A stretch of DNA of 64,000 bases. It comes from Desulfobacterales bacterium. GTDB taxonomy: Bacteria > Desulfobacterota > Desulfobacteria > Desulfobacterales > JAFDCJ01. The notes under the pieces were generated by a model. It worked only from the letters and a program-made list of their open reading frames with translations, was not told the origin of the DNA and did not search any database. The stretch is taken from NCBI GenBank assembly GCA_049669725.1, contig JBATKU010000672.1, positions 9,286 through 73,285 of the forward strand. Direction: 5' to 3'. Made by a program: the position numbers and the translations under genes. The stretch's first letter is position 1. Each line of letters opens with the position of its first letter. Positions 37,529 through 46,802 of the stretch are shown piece after piece.

Positions 37529-37771
37529 ATGGAATTAGAAATGATTCGCGCGTTTTTCGCATGGTGTTCAGTCATAAACATGGCGCTGTTGCTCTGGTGG
37601 GCAATGTGGTTGTTGTTTGCCCACGATTGGACCTATCGTCTTCACAGCAAATGGTTTAAGATGTCGGTTGAAAAGTTTGATTCCATTCACTATGCCGGTA
37701 TAGCAATTTTTAAATTGGGGGTATTTATGTTCAATCTGGTGCCTTATTTTGCTTTGCGAATAATTGGATGA
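37529..37771 (+). CDS. Small hypothetical membrane protein (two predicted helices)
   Basis: GGGGGG lies before ATG 37529. Sequence MELEMIRAFFAWCSVINMALLLWWAMWLLF... No confident family recognised. Confidence 0.5.
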   Translation: MELEMIRAFFAWCSVINMALLLWWAMWLLFAHDWTYRLHSKWFKMSVEKFDSIHYAGIAIFKLGVFMFNLVPYFALRIIG

Positions 37772-37913
37772 ATCAGAAGAACATGCCAAAGATCACAGGG
37801 CCAAGGCGGAACAGGTGGATGGTATTTACCTGACAATGGATCAGGCGATTTATTCCATCCCGGTGGTACAAAGTGCCCTTTTCGCTTTTAAATAAACCTG
37901 CAGGAGAAAACAC

Positions 37914-38267
37914 ATGAATTTCCAAAACGAAACGCTTCCCCAGGAGGCCAAAAAATTTGGCTCCACGCCTACCATGACCGAAGAAACCGTGGTGCCGGGC
38001 ATTTTAAAGAAGCATCTTGCCCCAAGAGGCAGATTCGGGTACCTGGTCGTCGAAGAAGGTGCGCTTCAATTTGTCTGGGAAGATGATGCAGATAATGCTT
38101 TGGATGCAGATCCTGAACATCCGATCGTCATATTTCCCGAACGCTTTCACCATGTAACCATAACTGGAAAGGTGCGATTTCGAGTCGAATTCTATGACGT
38201 TGGTGGTATCGATATCGATGCCGGTTTACAGCAAAAAGGCGACCGCCCGGGGCAAGATTTTATTTGA
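37914..38267 (+). CDS. DUF1971 (YeaR/TehB-N-like) domain protein
   Basis: ..PGILKKHLAPRGRFGYLVVEEGALQFVW....HPIVIFPERFHHV.. resembles DUF1971. Confidence 0.5.
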   Translation: MNFQNETLPQEAKKFGSTPTMTEETVVPGILKKHLAPRGRFGYLVVEEGALQFVWEDDADNALDADPEHPIVIFPERFHHVTITGKVRFRVEFYDVGGIDIDAGLQQKGDRPGQDFI

Positions 38268-38360
38268 TGCTTACCCGACAATAACGACTTGAGTATTGGA
38301 CACAACGTCTGGATTTGAAACCAATTTCATTAATATTAATGATCGGTAACAGGAGCCGGT

Positions 38361-40328
38361 ATGGATTCTCAGCCACAAAACGAATCCGGGCTAGAAATTC
38401 CCAATCAGCGGATGCTCGAATTTTTGCGCTCGGTACCCCCCTTTGACACCCTGGGTTCCAGCGAACTGGTGCACGTAATATCGCGGATGGAGATGGCCTT
38501 TTTCCCCCGGGGAGAGCGTATTCAGACCAAAGGAAATAACCCTTTTCAGCATCTGTACATCATTCAGAAGGGCTTCGCCAGAATATCCCTGATCGATGAT
38601 GAGGGTGAGGATCTGCTCGTCGATGTGCGCGGAGAGGGAGACTATTTCGGCGCCACCAGCATTCTGCAGGATAAACCGGCCATGTTTGACATTTCTGCCC
38701 GCCAGGATCTCATCTGCCTGATGCTTCCGGCCGAAGAAGTCCGGCAGTTGGTAAACAGCTACCCGGTATTTGGGCGCTACTTCAGTTTTTCGCTGGCCAG
38801 GACCATCAAAGCGGTACGTCAGACGGCAGATTTCCAGCGACCGCAACCGATCGGGCAAAAAGCCATCAGCATGGAGGTGTTTCTTACCGGTAAACGGGTT
38901 GCCGACATAATGAATAAAAATTTGCTGACCTGCGCACCTAATGAATCCGTTCAGGCAGCCGCCAGGCTGATGGTTCAACGCCGGGTGAGCTCGATTGTGG
39001 TCACCGGCAACGGCCTCTACCCACTAGGCATCCTGACAGACAACGATTTGCGTACCAAAGTGCTGGCGGCCGGCCTCAGCCCGGAGGCAGCGGTTGCCCG
39101 CATCATGAGCCAGCCGGTGCAGACCATTGCTCAGGACGCTTATGCCTTTGATGCCCTGTTGTCCATGAGCCATCATGGTGTCAGACTTCTGGTGGTGGTT
39201 GAAAACGACCGCATGATCGGCATTATCAGCGAGCATGATTTGCAGATGGAGACCGGCAGCTCTCCGATCCAGGTTATCGGAGAAATTAAGCGCACCGCCT
39301 CGCTGGAGACACTTATCGGCATGCGGTACAAAATCGACAGCGTTCTTGAAATGATGCTGCGCCAGGGGGGCCCGGTCAAACAGCTGGTCGCTCTGGTTAC
39401 CGAGCTCAACGACCGCCTGACTTTTCGGGTTCTCCAACTCGTCGAAAAAGAGATGGAAAGCGAGGGACTTGGAAAACCGCCGGCACCATACGGCTGGCTG
39501 GCCTTCGGCAGCGAAGGCCGCATGGAACAGACCCTGCATACCGACCAGGACAACGCTCTCTTTTTTGCCAGCACTGCGGAAACTGATGAAGCCGATTGCC
39601 TAAAATGGTTTTTGAATTTTTCGGAGCGGGTGGTGGGATACCTGGAGCGTTCCGGCATTCCAAGGTGTTTAGGAGGCGTCATGGCCTCCAATCCGAAGTG
39701 GTGCCAGCCGGAAGAAAAGTGGCAGGCAACGTTTCTGGAGTGGATCATGGAACCCAATCCGGAAACATTGCTGATGGCATCTATTTTTTTTGATTTTCGG
39801 CCGATATATGCCGGCACCCAATTCCCATATATTTTGCATGACCACCTGCTCAGGGTAATCCGAAAAAGAAAGCTTTTTATCCGCTTTATGGCCAAAGTGG
39901 CCCTCACCAATCGGCCGCCGCTCAGCTTGCTCAAGCGGTTTGTGGTTGAAAAATCCGGCGAGAACAAGAATAAGTTCGACCTGAAATTGCGGGGACTGAA
40001 CCCGGTGGTGGACGCCGCCCGCGTGCTCAGTCTGGATCTGGGGATTAAAGCCCAGAACACCCTTGACCGTCTGGCGGAAATCCAGAAACGGGGCGTCATC
40101 GACAGCCAATTTTATGCTGATATACGCGAAGCTTATGAATTTGTTGTATATCTCCAAATCAGCCGACACCTTGACGCCCTCGCCAAGGGAGAAGAGCCGG
40201 ATAATTTTCTGGATCCCGCAAGCCTGAACGGATTGCAACGCAAGATGTTGAAGGAAACCTTTTCGATTGTCCGTCAGTTGCAGGATATTATTGAATTTCG
40301 CTATCAGACCAAATTGGTGGAGGTCTGA
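38361..40328 (+). CDS. cNMP-binding / tandem-CBS / DUF294 nucleotidyltransferase-domain signalling protein
   Basis: N-terminal cyclic-nucleotide-binding fold (..FPRGERI...GDYFGATSIL..), a CBS pair (39.0-39.3 kb), and an NTase motif GSEGRMEQTLHTDQDNALFF with a DUF294_C-like tail. Confidence 0.75.
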   Translation: MDSQPQNESGLEIPNQRMLEFLRSVPPFDTLGSSELVHVISRMEMAFFPRGERIQTKGNNPFQHLYIIQKGFARISLIDDEGEDLLVDVRGEGDYFGATSILQDKPAMFDISARQDLICLMLPAEEVRQLVNSYPVFGRYFSFSLARTIKAVRQTADFQRPQPIGQKAISMEVFLTGKRVADIMNKNLLTCAPNESVQAAARLMVQRRVSSIVVTGNGLYPLGILTDNDLRTKVLAAGLSPEAAVARIMSQPVQTIAQDAYAFDALLSMSHHGVRLLVVVENDRMIGIISEHDLQMETGSSPIQVIGEIKRTASLETLIGMRYKIDSVLEMMLRQGGPVKQLVALVTELNDRLTFRVLQLVEKEMESEGLGKPPAPYGWLAFGSEGRMEQTLHTDQDNALFFASTAETDEADCLKWFLNFSERVVGYLERSGIPRCLGGVMASNPKWCQPEEKWQATFLEWIMEPNPETLLMASIFFDFRPIYAGTQFPYILHDHLLRVIRKRKLFIRFMAKVALTNRPPLSLLKRFVVEKSGENKNKFDLKLRGLNPVVDAARVLSLDLGIKAQNTLDRLAEIQKRGVIDSQFYADIREAYEFVVYLQISRHLDALAKGEEPDNFLDPASLNGLQRKMLKETFSIVRQLQDIIEFRYQTKLVEV

Positions 40329-41053
40329 TGGCCGGTCTATTGTTCGCCCGTCTGCGTAATCGTCTGGTCCGAACCCGTCTGCGGGGAAGAAATCTTCATC
40401 CTCTCGCGCAGACAAACCTGAGGGCCCTGGATCAAATTTCGCGCAATCAAAACGCCAAAAGCCTGCGCTACGTGGTCTTGGACCTGGAAACCACCGGTCT
40501 GAGCCTTACCCGAGACCGGGTGGTCAGTCTGGCCGCATACCGGATCGTTGACGGCCGAATACTCCTTGGCGACGTGTTCCATTCACTGGTAAGTCCGGGG
40601 CGGGACATACCCTCGTCCGCCGTTAAAATACACGGCATTATGCCGTCTATGGTGGCAGGTGCGCCGTTATTTACAAATGTATTTGAACAATTTCTCCAGT
40701 TTGTGGGGACGGATATTCTGGTTGGCTATCATGTTCGGTTTGATTTGAACTTTCTAAATATCTACATGCGACAGAATCACGGTTTTCCCATTCAGAATCT
40801 GGTTCTCGATGCCTATCCCATTTGTCGCAAAGTTTGCTTTCCGAGGCATCTGCGATCCTATGCGAAACGGATCGGGTCCAATCAGGACCTGGATGCGGTG
40901 GCCCGGCACTTCGGTATCGAAATTCAAAAACGGCACACGGCCATCGGAGATGCGCTGGCAACCGCAATGATTTTTCAACGGATCCTTGTGGAAATGGAAA
41001 AAGCGGGGACGGGGCGATTGAGAAACCTTCTGGCCGTCAGCCGGAGGGTGTAA
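40328..41053 (+). CDS. DEDDh 3'-5' exonuclease (DnaQ/epsilon-like)
   Basis: VVLDLETTGL (Exo I), GYHVRFDLNFL (Exo II) and HTAIGDALATA (Exo III). The ATG overlaps the upstream TGA (ATGA-type coupling). Confidence 0.85.
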   Translation: MAGLLFARLRNRLVRTRLRGRNLHPLAQTNLRALDQISRNQNAKSLRYVVLDLETTGLSLTRDRVVSLAAYRIVDGRILLGDVFHSLVSPGRDIPSSAVKIHGIMPSMVAGAPLFTNVFEQFLQFVGTDILVGYHVRFDLNFLNIYMRQNHGFPIQNLVLDAYPICRKVCFPRHLRSYAKRIGSNQDLDAVARHFGIEIQKRHTAIGDALATAMIFQRILVEMEKAGTGRLRNLLAVSRRV

Positions 41054-41274
41054 TTTCGTGGATAGATAGCCCGGATAGATAATTATTCAGAACGATGGTC
41101 ATGTTCTGCAAATATTTTAAGCGGTTGTCGAAATTGAAAAGGAAGATGATAGTGTCGATATTATCAGCAAAGGCATCCATGAACGCTTCATCATTAATGC
41201 TAAAAAATTCAACCACAAAGTAAAACAAAAGGCCGGACGAAAAAATGATATCATTTGAAATTAAGGAGGTATCA

Positions 41275-42132
41275 ATGTCAGAGAAAAGAGAAACCGCACT
41301 GGTAACCGGGGCAAGCAGTGGCATCGGTCGCGAAACCGCCCTCAAACTGGCTGAGAAGGGTTTTGCAGTCATCGCGGCTGCCCGGCGTAAGGAGCGTCTC
41401 GTCGAATTGGCCGGTCAGGCACAGGGAATCACTCCTGTACAGGTTGACCTTTCACAGCCCGAAGACACTGAAAAGTTTTGCGACTACCTTGCACAATTGC
41501 CAACACCTGTTTCAGTACTCGTAAACAATGCCGGCTACAGTGTTCGGGGTGCCCTGGAAGATGTCTCCATTGAGGCCGTCAAACGCCTATTCGAAGTCAA
41601 CCTGTTTGCACTCATCCGCATCACCCAGGCCTGCCTGCCGGCTATGCGCAGCCAGAGAAAGGGGATCATTGTCAATTTGAGTTCCATTGTCGGTAAATTT
41701 ACCTTCCCCGGCAGTGGTGTCTATGCATCTTCAAAGCATGCCCTCGAAGCCATTACGGATGCAATGCGGTTAGAATTGGAGCCTATGGGAATAAAGGTGG
41801 TGACCATTCGCCCCGGCCCCATTGCGACGGAATTCAATGACGTTGCCACCCAGATGACCGGCGACCTTATGGAGAGGACCGATCCGGATTATAAGCGGAT
41901 TTACCAGACAGCCGGCGAGCATACGGGTAAATTGTTTGCCGATCTGCACATTCCCGGTCCTGAGCTTATCGCCAATTTGATCTTGGAAGCCATTCTCTCA
42001 GAGACGCCTAAAATAGTTTATTCCGCAGGCCCCATTAACGATGAGTTTCTCGGAAACCGCGCCGATTTGGATGACGAAGGCTTTCATCACTTCATGCTGG
42101 AAAAATTCGGTCTTAAGGATTTAATTGTTTAA
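41275..42132 (+). CDS. SDR-family oxidoreductase
   Basis: AAGGAGG lies before ATG 41275. Motifs TGASSGIGRETA, NNAG and YASSKHA (YxxxK). Confidence 0.88.
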   Translation: MSEKRETALVTGASSGIGRETALKLAEKGFAVIAAARRKERLVELAGQAQGITPVQVDLSQPEDTEKFCDYLAQLPTPVSVLVNNAGYSVRGALEDVSIEAVKRLFEVNLFALIRITQACLPAMRSQRKGIIVNLSSIVGKFTFPGSGVYASSKHALEAITDAMRLELEPMGIKVVTIRPGPIATEFNDVATQMTGDLMERTDPDYKRIYQTAGEHTGKLFADLHIPGPELIANLILEAILSETPKIVYSAGPINDEFLGNRADLDDEGFHHFMLEKFGLKDLIV

Positions 42133-42285
42133 GTGTTCAGGTGTCAGGTGTCAGTAAACAGAGGTCAGATCGGGTGATTTACCTTCCAGTTTTTTATCAT
42201 CTGTCTTCTGGCGTCTGATATCGACACTGCTGAGCTCGTCGCAGGCTGTCCTCTGACACCTGAAACCTGACACCTGACACCTAAA
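42133..42285. repeat. Heptamer-array hairpin (GGTGTCA units) starting at the SDR stop
   Basis: GTGTTCA GGTGTCA GGTGTCA GTAAACA GAGGTCA faces CTCTGAC ACCTGAA ACCTGAC ACCTGAC ACCTAAA. It shares GAAACCTGACACCTGA with 2095-2110. Confidence 0.75.
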
Positions 42286-42364
42286 ATAGATGAATCAACA
42301 ATGCTAAAATCTATCCGTTTTTTGTAGTCTATCTGTGAGAAACAATACTAGAAAAGAATCAGTC

Positions 42365-42823
42365 ATGCTCACCATAAAGCCAGTCGATCCGGCTCAGATT
42401 GAGGTAATGGACCTCATTGAACAATTGGACGAATACCAGTCTTCCCTGTATCCGCCGGAAAGTAATCATCTGGATTCGATCGAGGAGTTATCCAAATCAA
42501 ATGCTCTTTTCCTGGCAGCCTATCTGGACGCTGAAATTTGCGGAATCGGTTCGGTAAAAATAATGGGAGAATATGGTGAGCTAAAGCGTGTTTACGTCAC
42601 TTCAAACCAGAGAGGCAAAGGAATCGCCAAAGCCATAGTGAAAGATTTGGAAAGCCGTCTTATCAAACAGGCAGTAACTTATGCGCGTCTTGAAACCGGT
42701 ATACATCAAAAGGAAGCCGTCAAATTGTATGAAAAGCTGGGGTATTACAGAATCGATTCATTTGGAGGATACAAAGCGGATCCTTTGAGTGTTTTTATGG
42801 AAAAAAAACTGTTGCGATCCTAG
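42365..42823 (+). CDS. GNAT-family N-acetyltransferase
   Basis: ..VYVTSNQRGKGIAKAIV.. (acetyl-CoA binding Q/RxxGxG/A); 152 aa. Confidence 0.85.
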   Translation: MLTIKPVDPAQIEVMDLIEQLDEYQSSLYPPESNHLDSIEELSKSNALFLAAYLDAEICGIGSVKIMGEYGELKRVYVTSNQRGKGIAKAIVKDLESRLIKQAVTYARLETGIHQKEAVKLYEKLGYYRIDSFGGYKADPLSVFMEKKLLRS

Positions 42824-42849
42824 TAGCGATCTCAAAAAGGAGGGGGCAG

Positions 42850-43560
42850 TTGCCGGATTCCAGTCGTTTATTTCCTGCCTGGCTGATTTTATCCATCCAG
42901 CAGCAAAAAATTATTCTCTTTGGTGCGGCTGACCTCCGAAAATTTAGCACGCCAAAGGATTCCGGCGGGCAAGGATTTCCATTCGCCTTATCTTATGCCA
43001 TTCTCATGACCCCCGCAATCATGGCCGGGATCCAAAACGGCCCCAACCAGGCCTATGCCGATGAATACGCGCGAGTAAATAATTTGATTAATGCGGCGGC
43101 AGCCGGATTAACAGCCGAAATCAAAAATAGAGGTTACCGGGCACAACCGCTGGCGGCCTCAGAACGATCAGATCCGGTCAACGTAAAAGGAGATTTTCCC
43201 CATAAAACCGCTGCCACCAGGGCCGGTCTGGGTTGGATCGGCCGCCATTGCCAGCTAATCACCCGCAAATTCGGCTCCTGGGTTCGTCTGGGAACCGTAT
43301 TTACGGACATGGCGCTTTCCTGCGGGACGCCCGTGGAGCGCAGCTATTGCGGCACCTGCATGCGTTGTGTCGAGGCCTGCCCGGCCGGTGCACTGAAGGG
43401 CAGCGCCTGGGTGGCCGGAATGCCGCGGGAAGAAATCCTGGATGTTGAAGCCTGCGACCGTTGGAAAAAAGAAAACTACTACCGGTACCACAACGGGCAC
43501 AACTGCGGGATCTGCTCGGCGGTGTGTACCTACAGTCTAAAGAGGCTAAACATAGAATAA
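42850..43560 (+). CDS. 4Fe-4S dicluster protein, epoxyqueuosine-reductase (QueG)/reductive-dehalogenase-like C-terminal domain
   Basis: ..AATRAGLGWIGRHCQLIT..FGSWVRLG.., CGTCMRCVEACP and CGICSAVC. TTG start after AAGGAGGGGG. Confidence 0.6.
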   Translation: MPDSSRLFPAWLILSIQQQKIILFGAADLRKFSTPKDSGGQGFPFALSYAILMTPAIMAGIQNGPNQAYADEYARVNNLINAAAAGLTAEIKNRGYRAQPLAASERSDPVNVKGDFPHKTAATRAGLGWIGRHCQLITRKFGSWVRLGTVFTDMALSCGTPVERSYCGTCMRCVEACPAGALKGSAWVAGMPREEILDVEACDRWKKENYYRYHNGHNCGICSAVCTYSLKRLNIE

Positions 43561-43580
43561 TTCATAAGGAGGACATCATA

Positions 43581-44018
43581 TTGGGTAGCTCGGCACTCTT
43601 AATTATTGTGGCTGTTATCGGCGGCATCACGGTAGCTTTGCAGGCCCAGATGATGGGTCTGCTGGACAAAGCCATCGGCACCCTGGAGGGTGTGTTCATT
43701 ACCTACGCCGGTGGCGGCCTGTTGATTACCCTGGTATTGATTCTAATGCGAGGCGGAAACCTGGGAGCCTGGCAGAGTGTGCCCTGGTATGCGTACTCTT
43801 CAGGTGCTTTAGGGCTGATCATAGTGGGTGCCATCGGTTACAGTGCACCCCGCCTGGGCCTGGTTGCCACCTTTACCATCATAGTGTCTTCCCAGTTTGT
43901 TGTTGCAGCCCTGATAGATCATTTCGGTGTTTTGGGTGCCACAACCCGGCCCATAGACCTCTCCCGAATGCTCGGCATGGCGCTTTTACTTGCAGGTATC
44001 TGGCTGACGGTGCGCTGA
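43581..44018 (+). CDS. DMT-superfamily small transporter (DUF606/YdcZ-like)
   Basis: AAGGAGG lies before the in-frame TTG 43581. Five hydrophobic helices. The upstream part of the listed ORF overlaps the previous gene. Confidence 0.6.
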   Translation: MGSSALLIIVAVIGGITVALQAQMMGLLDKAIGTLEGVFITYAGGGLLITLVLILMRGGNLGAWQSVPWYAYSSGALGLIIVGAIGYSAPRLGLVATFTIIVSSQFVVAALIDHFGVLGATTRPIDLSRMLGMALLLAGIWLTVR

Positions 44019-44049
44019 GCATCTATGCAAATCAAAGGAATCCTTAAAA

Positions 44050-44904
44050 ATGAAAATTCGGATAATTAAAGTTCCCTATGATTGCGGATACAAAAAACAG
44101 CGGCAGGGTTTAGGGCCTGATCAGTTTCTTCAACATAATCTTGACCGCATGCTTGAAGCCGACGGTCATCAGGTGGAGATTTCTCAAATCGAATCCCAGT
44201 CAAATTTCACCATCGAAGTTATGACCGCCTTCGAGCTCAACCGCCTGCTGGCCGATGAGGTCCGCCGCGGCATTGAAGAGGGTTTTTTCCCCGTGGTCCT
44301 GTCAGGCAACTGCAACAGCTGCCTGGGAACCATCGCCGGGATCAGCCCTGACCACCTGGGGGTGGTCTGGTTCGATGCCCATGGTGAATTCAACACCCCC
44401 GATACGACCCTCAGCGGTTTTCTGGACGGAATGCCCATTGCCATGGCTACCGGTCGCTGCTGGAAATCAGTGGCCAAGACCATACCGGGATTTAGTCCAT
44501 TGGCTGAAAAAAATTTAGTACTGGTCGGCGCCCGCGACCTGGATGCAGAGGAACAGCGACAATTGGAGCAGAGTGAGATAAACCTGATCCGGACGGTAGA
44601 CGGAAGGGAAACTGAAATTTTCAGGGGCCTAGAAGCAGCATTGGTCCAGCTTCAAAGCCGGGTAGCCGGAATTTATTTGCATATCGACATGGATGCCTTT
44701 GAAGTCGGCGAGGGAGCCGCCAATCATTACGGGGCCAGCGGGGGAATATCGCCGGAATTTATGATCAAGGCCATTGGGGTAGTCAAAGACTACATCCCAG
44801 TGCGGGGATGCGCCATCGCTTCCTACGATCCGGCATTCGATAGTGACAGCAGGTTCTTGGAGGCAGGGCTTCAGAGTATCAGGCAGATTGTAAACCCTAA
44901 TTGA
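44050..44904 (+). CDS. Arginase/agmatinase/formiminoglutamase-fold protein (divergent metal site)
   Basis: WFDAHGEFNTPDT and HIDMDAF motifs are present. The expected GGDHS reads SGNCNS. Confidence 0.7.
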   Translation: MKIRIIKVPYDCGYKKQRQGLGPDQFLQHNLDRMLEADGHQVEISQIESQSNFTIEVMTAFELNRLLADEVRRGIEEGFFPVVLSGNCNSCLGTIAGISPDHLGVVWFDAHGEFNTPDTTLSGFLDGMPIAMATGRCWKSVAKTIPGFSPLAEKNLVLVGARDLDAEEQRQLEQSEINLIRTVDGRETEIFRGLEAALVQLQSRVAGIYLHIDMDAFEVGEGAANHYGASGGISPEFMIKAIGVVKDYIPVRGCAIASYDPAFDSDSRFLEAGLQSIRQIVNPN

Positions 44905-45222
44905 GCCAATAACAAATAACTTCCAATCGGACTCTCAGCGCACCATATTATAAAACCCCCTACCGATCCAGAATAAACCGAGGCAATCGAAAAAATAATC
45001 CAGCCAGGTGGCATCGCCCGTAAAAACTCACCCCCCGGAAACAAACCCGATACCGATAAGCACAACGCCTGATATGATATCGCCAAGGCCTTTTATAACC
45101 TCATTTTTAAACAGGGCTGCCAGATTGTGCTTTAGACGCCGATGAGCAGGATGACCATCTAATGCTTCAATATTAGATTTCATCCTTGGCAGGAATTACT
45201 TTAGAATTTTGAGATAGCTTCG

Positions 45223-46641
45223 TTACATCTGCCTGAGAGTACGCAGGTGGGTTAGAAGAACTGCGACGGGGTCCTGATTGCTCACAGGCAGCAAACTGAC
45301 AGTTTGATCGGTGGCAATACGCGGTAAACGAGGTTTGTGGATGGTAAGGCCGGGATTAGTTTTTTGCAAGAAATCGCAAAGAATTTCACCGGCCATTTTC
45401 GCTGCAGCATACTCACCCATATCAGGGGGAAGTTCTTCTATCGCTGAAGATGACGGATAGAATATCTTTTGCAAACCGGTTGACCCAGCGGCCAGTGCCT
45501 GAAAAGTCCGGAGGAACCCTGTGACATAATACTCAATAAAGCCGCCAAAGCGCTGCAGTGAAAATTTACCTTTGGCCGCTCCAAATATAAAGGGTGTGGC
45601 AAAGTAATATAAATACAAAGGGTTCGGATGATTTGCGATCATATGCGACAGTTCTTGCGGTGGCTCCAGCACATCCAACGGCAGGCATGTTGCTTTCGCT
45701 CCGTGAGAAACTAGGTCTTCTACAATCTGTCCGGCATCCTTTTCACCATGATAGTAGGTAATAATGACCTCGGCGCCTCCGGCGGCCAGGAGTTTGGCAC
45801 TGACTTCCCCCAAACCGCGAGAACCCCCGACAATCAGCGCCCGTTGTTCTGAAAATTCTCCTGATTCAACTTTCTGACAGAATTCTGTGAAAGCAGGTTG
45901 TTTTTGAGGTTGTGGTCGATAAAAGGCTTTGATCTGTCCTTTCATCCCGGGTCCTTCAACATCCATTCGGATCAGGGCCAGGCGTTTATTGCAATCCGTT
46001 ACCTGATAACTCATACTAGGGGCTCCGCTATCGGCTGCATCAAATGTCAGATTGAGTTCCGAAAAAATGGAGTGGTAGCCGGGGCATTCCATGCCGACCA
46101 GTCGAGTGGTAGCCAGCAAAATGGCAAGCTGCATGGGAGGTAACCCCCGCACGAGGTTGGGAAAAAGCCGTCCAGCGGATTCTTTATCAAAATACAAAGG
46201 GAGGTTGCCCGAAGCCGCTGCCACCTCGTCTATGGAGCGCTCCCTGCATTTTTCCGGTTCTTGAGATGCCGCCGGCAGAGTGTCTGTCTGCTTTTGCCCT
46301 GAGGGGCTCAAGGCTATTTGAAACCAGGCGGCGGGCGTTTGGTCGGCCTCCAGTATTATTTCAACCAGGTGTTCATCTGGGGTGCTATAAATGCAATTTG
46401 CCATCTGCCCTAACCCTAAACCGGCCTGAAAATTCGCTTTGACAGTCACCAGCCCCAGAGGTTGCGTCCGGGTTTTTACATAATTGTCCGCGCTCCATAA
46501 CAAGGCATGCAGGCCGTGAACGATCTGCCGCCCAAACAGGAGGCGCCGGGCAATGGCGGGGTCCGTGTGCAAAGGATTATCGTCGCCGGAGAGTCTTGCA
46601 AAAGCGAGCTGATCGTCAGATGTAAATACGCGCTGTGGCAT
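45223..46641 (-). CDS. MaoC-like (R)-hydratase hot-dog domain(s) fused to an SDR ketoreductase-like domain
   Basis: N-terminus ..FARLSGDDNPLHTDP..A......IVHG..; C-terminal half ALIVGGSRGLGEVSAKLLAAGGAEVIITY (Rossmann). Confidence 0.7.
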   Translation of the reverse strand: MPQRVFTSDDQLAFARLSGDDNPLHTDPAIARRLLFGRQIVHGLHALLWSADNYVKTRTQPLGLVTVKANFQAGLGLGQMANCIYSTPDEHLVEIILEADQTPAAWFQIALSPSGQKQTDTLPAASQEPEKCRERSIDEVAAASGNLPLYFDKESAGRLFPNLVRGLPPMQLAILLATTRLVGMECPGYHSIFSELNLTFDAADSGAPSMSYQVTDCNKRLALIRMDVEGPGMKGQIKAFYRPQPQKQPAFTEFCQKVESGEFSEQRALIVGGSRGLGEVSAKLLAAGGAEVIITYYHGEKDAGQIVEDLVSHGAKATCLPLDVLEPPQELSHMIANHPNPLYLYYFATPFIFGAAKGKFSLQRFGGFIEYYVTGFLRTFQALAAGSTGLQKIFYPSSSAIEELPPDMGEYAAAKMAGEILCDFLQKTNPGLTIHKPRLPRIATDQTVSLLPVSNQDPVAVLLTHLRTLRQM

Positions 46642-46700
46642 TGTTTGTTAGTATCTTAATTGTTATTTTTTCTGCCTTCTGTGGCTGAACTATTTATTAC

Positions 46701-46788
46701 GAAAGCACGAGAAAGAAAATATCGTGCTTTCTCCGCCGGCGGATGTTTTCGTGATTATTGATCTTTTATGGTTCTCCGCCTTCGGCGG
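46701..46788. repeat. Cluster of three short GC-rich hairpins inside the ACP-cassette gap
   Basis: GAAAGCACGA-12 nt-TCGTGCTTTC, TCCGCCGGCGGA, and TCCGCC-TTC-GGCGGA. Confidence 0.6.
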
Positions 46789-46802
46789 ATCCGGATTAGG
46801 CA

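Noticed and set aside
41037-41372. 111-aa minus-strand ORF overlapping the exonuclease 3' end and the SDR 5' end.
   Set aside because: It overlaps two well-supported + strand genes and has a low-complexity AT-rich middle and no motifs.
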